A stretch of 64,000 bases of DNA from Candidatus Woesearchaeota archaeon (GTDB lineage Archaea; Nanobdellota; Nanobdellia; Woesearchaeales; DSVV01). This document shows positions 9,838 to 17,660 of this stretch, piece by piece (position 1 is the stretch's first letter; the number at the start of each line of letters is the position of its first letter). The stretch is from positions 1,472 through 65,471 of the forward strand of contig JABHXF010000028.1 of assembly GCA_018657385.1 (NCBI GenBank), in the 5' to 3' direction. The notes beneath the pieces were generated by a model. That model worked only from the letters and a program-made list of their open reading frames with translations, was not told the origin of the DNA and did no database searches. Position numbers and translations under genes: made by a program.

Positions 9838-10761
9838 ATGGTTTTAGAACAAGCATTTAGAGCTAAATGGCTAGAGCAACGACCAATTTCTGCACTATTT
9901 TTAGGATTAGTTTATTCCATCATAGGTATTCTAAGTGCAAAATTAATTTTTCCAGCAAGTAGTGGATTAGCTTCCATTGCATTTGTATCAATCTTATTAA
10001 TTCCCTCTCTTAACAGATTATTAAGTGATGAAGAAAATGTTGAAATTAGAGAGAACAAATTTTCAATAAGAATGTTGTTTAGAGACCATAGAGATATTTT
10101 TGAAATATATTTCTTTATGTTTATTGGAATATTTTTAGCTTATGCAATGTTTGCAATGTTCTTACCAAAATCATTAGTATTGAAAATGTTTGGACCACAA
10201 ATTAATTTAATCAAAGGTCAAGGATTATATCAAGCATTTGTTGGATATGCTTTTTCAACAGAACATTTTGTTGAAATATTATTAAATAATTTATTAGTAT
10301 TTATTGTATGTCTTGTACTTTCTATTGTTTATGGGGCAGGTGCAATATTTTTCCTTGCATGGAATGCAAGTGCATGGGGAGTTATCTTTGCAGTTAATGC
10401 AAGAGTGATAGCAGGAATAGGTAGCCCGCTTGGAGCATTTTTTGGTGTAGAAACAATGGCACCAGTTTGGGCTCATTTAATAACAGAAGCTTTTAGTTAT
10501 TTCTTTGCAGCTGTTGCTGGAGGGGTAGTTAGTAAAGCAGTAATGAGAGAAGATCTATTTAGTGAAAAATTCCACCATATCTTAAGTGATGCAATGATGT
10601 TATTACTAATTGGTTTTGGTATTGTAGCAATTGCTGCTTTTATTGAGGTTTATGTTTATCAATATTCTGTTGTAATTTTATTAGGTATTATGTTATTATT
10701 GATTTTATTAATAGGAGCATTAGAACCAACACATATCTTTGAGAAAGAAGGGATAGAGTGA
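9838..10761 (+). CDS. Polytopic membrane protein (SpoIIM/DUF95-like, tentative)
   Basis: 307 aa with about 6 hydrophobic segments and a GAGGTG Shine-Dalgarno sequence upstream. LLNNLLVFIVC and FLAWNASAWG loosely recall the DUF95 family. Confidence 0.45.
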   Translation: MVLEQAFRAKWLEQRPISALFLGLVYSIIGILSAKLIFPASSGLASIAFVSILLIPSLNRLLSDEENVEIRENKFSIRMLFRDHRDIFEIYFFMFIGIFLAYAMFAMFLPKSLVLKMFGPQINLIKGQGLYQAFVGYAFSTEHFVEILLNNLLVFIVCLVLSIVYGAGAIFFLAWNASAWGVIFAVNARVIAGIGSPLGAFFGVETMAPVWAHLITEAFSYFFAAVAGGVVSKAVMREDLFSEKFHHILSDAMMLLLIGFGIVAIAAFIEVYVYQYSVVILLGIMLLLILLIGALEPTHIFEKEGIE

Positions 10762-10882
10762 ATAAGATTTTAATTTAATTATTCCCTTGTTTAGTTAATC
10801 ACCCTATAGTAACAACAAAACCAAAAGATTTATATATTAGTTCTTTAGATTTAAGTGTATAATCCAATAAATAGGTGTTTCA

Positions 10883-11440
10883 ATGTATACAGAAAAAGAT
10901 GCTTTAAAGCTAATGAAAAAACATGCAAGTGATGATGATGCATATGAAGGTGTTATGATACATACTATGGCTGTGCAAAAGAAAGCACTAGAAGTTGCTG
11001 ATGCTGCTATCAAGAATGGTCATGACATAGATATTGAATTTATTAAAACATCAATTATTTTACATGACATTGGAAGATTCAAATACCCACCAGGATCAAA
11101 AGAGAGTATAAGACATGGTGTTGAAGGTGCTAAAATATTAAAAGAAGAAGGATGGCCTGAAAGCTTTCAAAGAGTATGTGAAAATCATATTGGTGTTGGA
11201 ATATTAAAGAAAGATATTGAAGAGCAAGAATTACCATTACCAGCTAAAGATTATCTTCCTGAAACAAAAGAAGAAAAAATAATAAATTATGCTGATAATC
11301 TTGCTACACACAACAAAATAATGGATGAAAATTTTGTTGTAGAAAGATATAGAAGAGAATTAGGAGAAGAATTTGCAAAAAGAATTGAAAAGTTTCATGA
11401 TGAAATTCATGAAATGATAGTTGGAAGTAAGAAGTTATAG
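10883..11440 (+). CDS. HD-domain phosphohydrolase
   Basis: 185 aa with the H...HD signature (ILHDIGR) and a downstream NHIG, and a GGTG Shine-Dalgarno sequence upstream. Confidence 0.7.
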   Translation: MYTEKDALKLMKKHASDDDAYEGVMIHTMAVQKKALEVADAAIKNGHDIDIEFIKTSIILHDIGRFKYPPGSKESIRHGVEGAKILKEEGWPESFQRVCENHIGVGILKKDIEEQELPLPAKDYLPETKEEKIINYADNLATHNKIMDENFVVERYRRELGEEFAKRIEKFHDEIHEMIVGSKKL

Positions 11441-11535
11441 GTATGAAGTGGGTAAGTAGTATAAAAGTTTTAAATGCACTTACAACTACTAACTTAAAAC
11501 CCACTCAAAACTACTAACCACAAACTTCAAACTTA
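11427..11535. repeat. Long imperfect GT-rich/AC-rich palindrome (family 3, copy 1)
   Basis: The left arm GAAGTGGGTAAGTAGT and the right arm ACTACTAAC...CCCACT...ACTTCAAAC are partly complementary. The right arm shares CTAACC and TTCAAAC units with the other three copies. Confidence 0.5.
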
Positions 11536-11550
11536 TAAAAAGGTGTTTGA

Positions 11551-12186
11551 ATGATTGATATTAATAAGCTAAAAGAAGACCAGATTAAATTAGCAAAAAA
11601 GCTATCACATACTGACCAATTTGATAAAATTAAAAGTATAGCAGGTGTTGATTATATTTACACAGATAAAGACATAATCTGTAGTATAGTTGTTCTTAAT
11701 TATAAAACATTAGAAGTAATTGAAAAAAAATACGCAATTGAAAAACAAAAGTTATCTTATATCCCAGGATTCTTAAGTTATAGAGTTGCATCAGTTACAT
11801 CAAATGCATTTAGTTTGCTTGAAAATAAACCTGATTTAATGATGATAAGTGCAAATGGTATTTTACATCCTAGAAAAATAGGTGCAGCAAGTGTTTTTGG
11901 ATTAACAACTGATATTCCTACAATAGGTGTTGCCAAGAAAAGGTTATGTGGAGAAGAAATAGATGATGCAGTTTATATTGATAAAGAAGTTCTTGGTAAA
12001 AAAATAATTACAAAAGAAAAAGCAAAGCCAGTTTATGTTAGCCCAGGACATAAAATAAGTCTAAAAACAACTATTGAAATTGTTAAAGAGATGTTAAAAG
12101 GCCATAAATTACCTGAACCATTGTATATAGCACATAAATATGGGAATAATATCAAAAATAAGTTAAAAGAAAATAATTCTGAATAA
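11551..12186 (+). CDS. nfi: Endonuclease V
   Basis: 211 aa. IAGVDY carries the catalytic Asp region, and ANGILHPRKIGAASVFGLTTDIPTIGVAKK matches the conserved EndoV core (DGxGxxHPRxxGxAxHxG...GVAK). Confidence 0.85.
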   Translation: MIDINKLKEDQIKLAKKLSHTDQFDKIKSIAGVDYIYTDKDIICSIVVLNYKTLEVIEKKYAIEKQKLSYIPGFLSYRVASVTSNAFSLLENKPDLMMISANGILHPRKIGAASVFGLTTDIPTIGVAKKRLCGEEIDDAVYIDKEVLGKKIITKEKAKPVYVSPGHKISLKTTIEIVKEMLKGHKLPEPLYIAHKYGNNIKNKLKENNSE

Positions 12187-12253
12187 GATTTTAATGTTTT
12201 TAATAGTTTAATTCTTTAATATATGTATAAATAATTTGGTCAGACCAATCTTT

Positions 12254-12340
12254 AAATCCAACAACATGGCCGGGCGAACCGAAGGTGAGTAGGATTTTTG
12301 CTTGCAAAAGTCCGTCCGTGCCATTGATGTTGTTGGATTT
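12254..12340 (+). ncRNA. GC-rich three-way-junction structured element, family 1 copy A (candidate small RNA)
   Basis: Outer stem AAAUCCAACAACAU/AUGUUGUUGGAUUU. P1 is GGCCGGGC/GUCCG-U-GCC, P2 is ACC-GAA-GGU, and the junction is GAGUA. P3 is GGAUUUUUG-CUUG-CAAAAGUCC. Confidence 0.65.
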
Positions 12341-12360
12341 ATTATTAAGAGATTAAAAAG

Positions 12361-12395
12361 AAAAAATTCAGTAGCTACATGTCCTCCGGACCTAG
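12361..12395 (-). terminator. GGACCTAG box (conserved small hairpin plus oligo-T), copy 1
   Basis: The minus strand reads CTAGGTCCGGAGGACATGTAGCTACTGAATTTTTTC. This is the only copy not placed after a co-directional stop codon. Confidence 0.35.
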
Positions 12396-12461
12396 TTTAT
12401 GAAAAGTTAAACAAATTTTCTCATAAAATATATAAAGGAGTTATAATCTTAGTTAGTTAAA

Positions 12462-12737
12462 ATGGCTGACGAACAATATGATGAACAAAGAAATACTTCA
12501 GAAGAAGGAATTTATTCAGATGAAGGCAGAGAAGATATGTTAGAGAATGATGAAATTGATGCGTTTGAAGAAGGTTTTATGAAAGGCGCAGAAATGGATG
12601 GACAAAATGCCAAATGTAGAAAGTGTGGCAGAATGCTTGTGAAAAAAGATGAAATGGTAGAAAAAGAGATTGATGACAAAGTTACATGGTTCTGTAGTGA
12701 AGAATGTGCTGAAAAATATGAAGAAGAGCATAATTGA
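12462..12737 (+). CDS. Small acidic protein with a C-terminal CxxC...CxxxC (TRASH-like) metal-binding motif
   Basis: 91 aa. The N-terminus is rich in D and E, followed by CRKCGRML-x20-FCSEEC. Confidence 0.45.
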   Translation: MADEQYDEQRNTSEEGIYSDEGREDMLENDEIDAFEEGFMKGAEMDGQNAKCRKCGRMLVKKDEMVEKEIDDKVTWFCSEECAEKYEEEHN

Positions 12738-12867
12738 ATAGTTCTTACTATATAAATATTATATTTTAAGATTATATTTTAATAATATATATCAATAAAT
12801 AGTAATATTTTTAAAGCAGATTAAAATTCTATTAAATGATAATAGATTTAACAAAATATAGTGGAGT

Positions 12868-14430
12868 ATGATCAATATGCAAAACAAACAATATAAACTA
12901 ATCAGAGCACAATATGTTCTACCATTCTCAGAAGCAATGAAAAGCAGAGTCATAGAAGATGGGTTTGTTCTTATTGAAAGTGATAAGATTAAAGAAGTTG
13001 GAAAATATTCCCCTGAGGCTGGAAAAGCATTCAAAGAAAGATATGGACATAATCTAGAGATTTATAACCCGACATCTGATCCAGACAATCCTGTTGCTAT
13101 GACTACTGGAGTTGTTATGCCAAGCCCTAAATATGGCCATACACATTTTCATGAGTCCTTACTTACTGGTAAATTTAAAAACATGAATCTTTTGGATTGG
13201 CTTGATGCCTCAATAAATCCACATACCCTATGGATGTACAATATTGATCAAGGTATGAAAACCGGTCAATGGGATACACCTAATGACGAAGCAATTGCTA
13301 AACAACTAGGAAAATCACCTTATGAAATAGTATTCGGCAAAACTCTTCATGATGTTTTGAGATATGGCTCAGGATTTGTAGCAGTACATCATTGTAATTT
13401 TACAAAATATGACTCAGCTGTTGATGCAGTTGTAAACCTACTTGAAAAAGCACATGCTAGAGCTATTGTCTTCCCTGGATCTCAAGATAGGTATTACACA
13501 CCAGATTTTCTTCTTGATACTAACCCAAATGTTGCAGTTGCTAGAATAAGAGCACAAATGGAAAGACATAACAATAAAAAATGGGTTAAAGTTATGCCAG
13601 GTGCAGATCAATTTTTTTCAAATAGTGCTATGCTTTTATCAGCATTGAAAAATGAAGCAAGAAGGTGGGAACGTGAAACTGGACAACCAGTATATTTCCA
13701 TGTTCATAGCTCTGAAAATGCAGGAAGCACAAAACTAGTAAGAGATATGACTGGGCTTTCACCAATAGCCTATGCTCAAGAAGCAGGTATTCTTGATGAA
13801 AGAACTATTGTTGCACACCAAGTTCAAACAACTATTGAGGATATAGCAATGTTAGCTAGGAATGGAGTAAAAGTAATCTCAAACCCTACTGCAAATGGTT
13901 CATTGTTCAGTGGGATTGCACCAATTGCTGCAATGTTAGATGCAGGTATTTTAGTTGCATATTCTACTGACGGTTCTGGAAGCTCAGATCATCAAAATAT
14001 ATTTCAAGTAATGCACGTAGGAGTTAATATGAACAGAGGATCTGAAAGAGAAGGTGCTATGAACATTACAGACCAAAAAGCCTTGGAAATGATACTTACA
14101 GAACCAGCAAGAATATATGGATTAGATAACGCAACTTCTTTAGATCCTGGTAAAGATGCAAGTTTGATAGTATATGATATTAGTTCTGAAGAAAACCCAG
14201 CAATACATCCACATGATGCTAAATCAATAATAGGCAAGATAGTGTTTTGTGATCCTTCAAGTGCACATATTACTGATTCTATGTCATTAGGAGAATGGCT
14301 TGTAAGAGATAAAAGAGTATTAACATTAGACAGAGACTTAATCATGAAAGATGCTGCATTGTTAAACCAAATATATTGGGAAGAAGTCTATCCAAAATTA
14401 GAAGTACATCAAGGTACAGGTAAGAAATAA
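12868..14430 (+). CDS. Amidohydrolase-superfamily metal-dependent hydrolase (deaminase-like)
   Basis: 520 aa. GHTHFHES is the HxH metal motif; HVHSSE and STDGSGSSD are the later His and Asp motifs. The start could instead be the ATG at 12877. Confidence 0.75.
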   Translation: MINMQNKQYKLIRAQYVLPFSEAMKSRVIEDGFVLIESDKIKEVGKYSPEAGKAFKERYGHNLEIYNPTSDPDNPVAMTTGVVMPSPKYGHTHFHESLLTGKFKNMNLLDWLDASINPHTLWMYNIDQGMKTGQWDTPNDEAIAKQLGKSPYEIVFGKTLHDVLRYGSGFVAVHHCNFTKYDSAVDAVVNLLEKAHARAIVFPGSQDRYYTPDFLLDTNPNVAVARIRAQMERHNNKKWVKVMPGADQFFSNSAMLLSALKNEARRWERETGQPVYFHVHSSENAGSTKLVRDMTGLSPIAYAQEAGILDERTIVAHQVQTTIEDIAMLARNGVKVISNPTANGSLFSGIAPIAAMLDAGILVAYSTDGSGSSDHQNIFQVMHVGVNMNRGSEREGAMNITDQKALEMILTEPARIYGLDNATSLDPGKDASLIVYDISSEENPAIHPHDAKSIIGKIVFCDPSSAHITDSMSLGEWLVRDKRVLTLDRDLIMKDAALLNQIYWEEVYPKLEVHQGTGKK

Positions 14431-14461
14431 TAAGAACTGAAAAAAATAAGGAGATATAATT

Positions 14462-15559
14462 TTATTTAATTCTATTTTTTACTTTTTTTACAATTCCTTT
14501 GTCTGCATCAACTTCTATTAAATCTCCATCTTTGAAAAGTTTAGTAGCTTTTTCTGTACCTACTATACAAGGTTTTTTTAATTCTCTAGATACTAAAGCT
14601 GCATGACATAACATGCCACCCACATCAGTTACAATTCCAGCTGCCCGTTTCATAAGCGGCAAAAATTCAGGTCTTGTCATTCCTGTTATTAAGATTTCTC
14701 CTTCATTAAACTCAGAAACATTATGTGGATCAGGGATAATTCTTGCAATTCCTTTTATTTTGCCAGGAAAAGCTGATATACCTTTAAGAATACCCTGCTT
14801 TTCCTCATCTGAATTTTGTGTTACTTCATGTATTGCTTCTTCTACTTCATTAACCTCTTCTCCAAGTATTATATTTAACTTTTCATCTTCAAATAATAAA
14901 ACAGAAGCATTAAAACGATTATTTAGAATATTTTTTTCAGGAAGTTTTGTTGTTTTAAGATAAGTTTCTAATTCTTGTTGAGTCAAACATGTAAGAATGT
15001 CTTCATCAAAGTTTTCTTTTTTAGCAATTGCCTTAGCAAGCCTTCTAAAAAACATCTCTGATCTGCTATAAACTGGTTCTGAATAAAATCTTGCATCTTT
15101 GAAGTAATTAATTAAGTTGTCTAATACATCACTACCCATATAATCAACTGCTTTCTTCATAAAATTGTGATAAGCAAGATGTTTTTCAAAAAAAACTAGA
15201 AAATCATTGTATTCATTCCATGTTGGTATTTTGCCATCTAACTCCTGCATTTTCATCATAATTTCTGTAGTATTATTTTTAAGTTTTTTAAGAATATCAA
15301 TTGCAAATTCAGGATTTTGTTCTGCTTTTTTTGCTAGAGTTTTCCCAAAATGATCTAATTCATCTTTCTTTAGAAGAAATGTAACTGTACCTTTTCTATG
15401 GATAAATAAAGATGTCTTAAATCCAATCCCTAAAAACTTGTTTAGTATATAATTATATTGTGGTGCCCAAAATGAACAAGAGATAAATGTATATGAACCT
15501 GCCCAACGCTTTATCCACTTTTGGCTTTTAATGTTTTGAATTAATTGTTTATCAGTCAT
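14462..15559 (-). CDS. Protein with a C-terminal PEP-utilising-enzyme mobile (swivel) domain and an unassigned N-terminal domain
   Basis: 365 aa. The C-terminus ILITGMTRPEFLPLMKRAAGIVTDVGGMLCHAALVSRELKKPCIVG matches the phosphohistidine swivel domain. I see no ATP-grasp or PEP-binding TIM-barrel motifs. Confidence 0.7.
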   Translation of the reverse strand: MTDKQLIQNIKSQKWIKRWAGSYTFISCSFWAPQYNYILNKFLGIGFKTSLFIHRKGTVTFLLKKDELDHFGKTLAKKAEQNPEFAIDILKKLKNNTTEIMMKMQELDGKIPTWNEYNDFLVFFEKHLAYHNFMKKAVDYMGSDVLDNLINYFKDARFYSEPVYSRSEMFFRRLAKAIAKKENFDEDILTCLTQQELETYLKTTKLPEKNILNNRFNASVLLFEDEKLNIILGEEVNEVEEAIHEVTQNSDEEKQGILKGISAFPGKIKGIARIIPDPHNVSEFNEGEILITGMTRPEFLPLMKRAAGIVTDVGGMLCHAALVSRELKKPCIVGTEKATKLFKDGDLIEVDADKGIVKKVKNRIK

Positions 15560-15676
15560 AAAAATTACCTCTAAAAATCATATATATTTCCCCAACTCAT
15601 GATAACAACTATGTTAATAAATATGTTAATATAAAATAAAATAAAAAAGGATAAATAAAAAGTTATTGGTTTTATG

Positions 15677-16450
15677 TTATCCATTCCTAACCATCGATGT
15701 ATATGGTACAGTTCTTAAATCAGTTGTATATGCAGTTATTCCTGCTGCCCTAACTTCTTCAGGAGTTGCAAGATTTGTACGTTCAACATATACTGTTGCT
15801 GTTTGAAACATCAAACTAGGAATTAAACGATGTACTAAATGTTCGTCTCCTGTTGCATACATTGCCCTTCTTGAATCAAACAATCCTGTAAAACCTTTTA
15901 ATTGGTCTTCAGTATGTGAAACTAATTGACCACCTTTTTTGGAAATATCTTCCATTGCAGTATCATAAGGAGCAGGTTTAGATTTACTTCCAAAATAAAC
16001 TTCACCCATAACCCTACCAATTTCAGGTGCCATATCATTTAATGCTTTTTTAATCCAAAAGGATTTACCAGTTGTAATAATACATAATCCTTGATCGGCT
16101 ACAGCAATGTTATCCATTGCACCAAGAGCATCATCATAAAGTGCACCTTGAAAATCAACTTCTGCTTTATCTCTCCCATATGCATGCCATAGTGGGTCTT
16201 CAACATTACCAACAAATTTACCTTTTTCTTTACCTGTTGCCCAATCTTTCCCATCTAAAACAGCTTGATAATTCTTAATGTTCTCAATAACCTTTGCTTT
16301 TAGATCCTCAGTTGTAGCTCTGTCATGCATTAAAGCTTGATAAGCTTCAATAACTCTCGGACCCAAAACAAGTTGATTAACTAATGTACCCCATAAATCA
16401 AATCCATGTACTGGTGTTATTCCATCTTTCACTATAATTTCAATTGTCAT
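15677..16450 (-). CDS. HAD-like hydrolase (tentative)
   Basis: 257 aa. HGFDLWGTLV resembles HAD motif I (DxDGTL) with the second Asp replaced by Trp. Confidence 0.45.
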   Translation of the reverse strand: MTIEIIVKDGITPVHGFDLWGTLVNQLVLGPRVIEAYQALMHDRATTEDLKAKVIENIKNYQAVLDGKDWATGKEKGKFVGNVEDPLWHAYGRDKAEVDFQGALYDDALGAMDNIAVADQGLCIITTGKSFWIKKALNDMAPEIGRVMGEVYFGSKSKPAPYDTAMEDISKKGGQLVSHTEDQLKGFTGLFDSRRAMYATGDEHLVHRLIPSLMFQTATVYVERTNLATPEEVRAAGITAYTTDLRTVPYTSMVRNG

Positions 16451-16484
16451 TTTATTTCCCCCATTATTTCTTTATTTTCTTTAT

Positions 16485-16589
16485 TCACATAATTACTATA
16501 ACTATAGTTATTGCAATAATCATAAACCAACTAAAACTCATTTCTGCTCCTGTTTCTCTTTTGTAAATCATACTTGCTTTTCCTTCCAT
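16485..16589 (-). CDS. Membrane micropeptide (34 aa), paralog of 52979-53089
   Basis: Sequence MEGKASMIYKRETGAEMSFSWFMIIAITIVIVIM, with GGAGG 9 nt upstream. It shares its MEGxAS start, C-terminal TM segment and a conserved promoter block with the second copy. Confidence 0.4.
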   Translation of the reverse strand: MEGKASMIYKRETGAEMSFSWFMIIAITIVIVIM

Positions 16590-16701
16590 TTTAAATTCCT
16601 CCGGAATTTACAATGCACCAAAAATCCAAGATTTTTGAGTACATTTTTTCACCCCTTTTGTGATCATCTTTTTTCAAAATCTTAAACCCATACAATGTTT
16701 G

Positions 16702-16723
16702 TTTGTGTTACTACTCCTAAGTT
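16702..16723 (-). promoter_or_regulatory. Conserved promoter/5' block of the micropeptide gene (copy 1)
   Basis: The minus strand reads AACTTAGGAGTAGTAACACAAA. It is nearly identical to 52932-52957 on the plus strand and sits just downstream of a TTTAAATAC box. Confidence 0.45.
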
Positions 16724-16730
16724 ACCCAAT

Positions 16731-16765
16731 GTATTTAAACCTTTTCTCCCCCTTGAGGGGTTGAA
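16731..16765. promoter_or_regulatory. Shared TrmB-promoter block with a CCCC-N4-GGGG dyad (copy 1)
   Basis: GTATTTAAACCTTTTCTCCCCCTTGAGGGGTTGAA lies between divergent TATA-like boxes. It is the counterpart of 48054-48088. Confidence 0.5.
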
Positions 16766-16806
16766 TTAGAAAGATTTATATATGAAATATACCCAGTAGA
16801 TAAGAC

Positions 16807-17628
16807 ATGGAAGAAAAAGAACAAGACATATTAGAAACACTAAAATCAATTGGCTTAACAGAGGGTGAATCTAAAACATACCTGGCTTTGCTCTCCATAG
16901 GTACATCCACTGTGGGCCCAATTGTTGAAAAAGCAAGTGTAAGTTCTTCAAAAGTCTACATAATCCTTGATAAATTAATTCATAAAGGTCTTGTAGGTAT
17001 AGTTATTAAGAATGGAAAGAAAAACTATACTGCTGCACAACCTGAAAAAATAATAGATTATCTAAACGAAGAACAACAAAAAGTTGAAAGAAACAAGATG
17101 CTTGCTAAAAAGATCTTACCAGAACTTAGATTAAAGAAAGGATCTGTTAGTAAATTACCTATTGTTGAATTAACTAAAGGAAGAAAAGGCACAGAGATGT
17201 TTTATGATGAGGTGTATGCAAATCTAAAAGAAGGAGATGAATATATTGCAACATCTGGAACAAGAATTTCTTTCAAATTGCAAAATTATTGGTTTAAACA
17301 AAGTGAAATTTTGGCAAAAATGAAAATACCTCAATTTTTAGCTTATGAATATGATGTTTGGCATAAAAAAGATCCAAGTGCACACAAAAGAAAGAAAAGA
17401 AAAAATTATTTCCCTAAAATTCTTGATAAAAAATATAAAGATTTACCAACAATAATCACAATTGGAAATTATTCTGTTGTAAGTGATCTAGATGATGGTG
17501 GAGAACTATTTACTTTGCTTATTAGAAATAAAAACTTAACAAATGCTTTGAAAAGGCTATTAGTTGTAGTCAGAGATTCAGGCAATGTTCCAGAAGGATT
17601 TGAAGAAAAATTTAAAAAAAATAGTTAA
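16807..17628 (+). CDS. TrmB-family transcription regulator (paralog 1)
   Basis: 273 aa. The N-terminus LKSIGLTEGESKTYLALLSIGTSTVGPIVEKASVSSSKVYIILDKLIHKGLV is the TrmB winged-helix domain. Confidence 0.75.
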   Translation: MEEKEQDILETLKSIGLTEGESKTYLALLSIGTSTVGPIVEKASVSSSKVYIILDKLIHKGLVGIVIKNGKKNYTAAQPEKIIDYLNEEQQKVERNKMLAKKILPELRLKKGSVSKLPIVELTKGRKGTEMFYDEVYANLKEGDEYIATSGTRISFKLQNYWFKQSEILAKMKIPQFLAYEYDVWHKKDPSAHKRKKRKNYFPKILDKKYKDLPTIITIGNYSVVSDLDDGGELFTLLIRNKNLTNALKRLLVVVRDSGNVPEGFEEKFKKNS

Positions 17629-17660
17629 GAAATAGTAAAATTAACAAGAACTTAGAAAAA

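Noticed and set aside
12254-12340. The family 1 elements might be integron attC recombination sites. Copies A and B carry ATCCAAC ... GTTGGAT, which matches RYYYAAC/GTTRRRY, and they have extrahelical bases in a hairpin.
   Set aside because: The core-site match is absent from copies C-H. The elements occur in both orientations, 5-15 kb apart, among housekeeping genes rather than in a cassette array. No integrase is present. The conserved UAGGAY/CCGU junction and the orientation-specific G.U pairs fit an RNA better.
12233-12395. I tested base-pairing between the upstream half-copy (GGTCAG...) and the downstream GGACCTAG box. Pairing would close the whole composite into one large RNA.
   Set aside because: Only GGUC/GACC plus a few scattered pairs form in A and B. 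The pairing fails in D, so it is not supported by covariation.
16593-16609. The palindrome AAATTCCTCCGGAATTT resembles the GTCCTCCGGAC hairpin of the GGACCTAG box.
   Set aside because: On the minus strand it supplies the GGAGG Shine-Dalgarno sequence 9 nt before the micropeptide ATG. It lacks the flanking ACATG/CCTAG box sequence, so the resemblance is probably coincidental.
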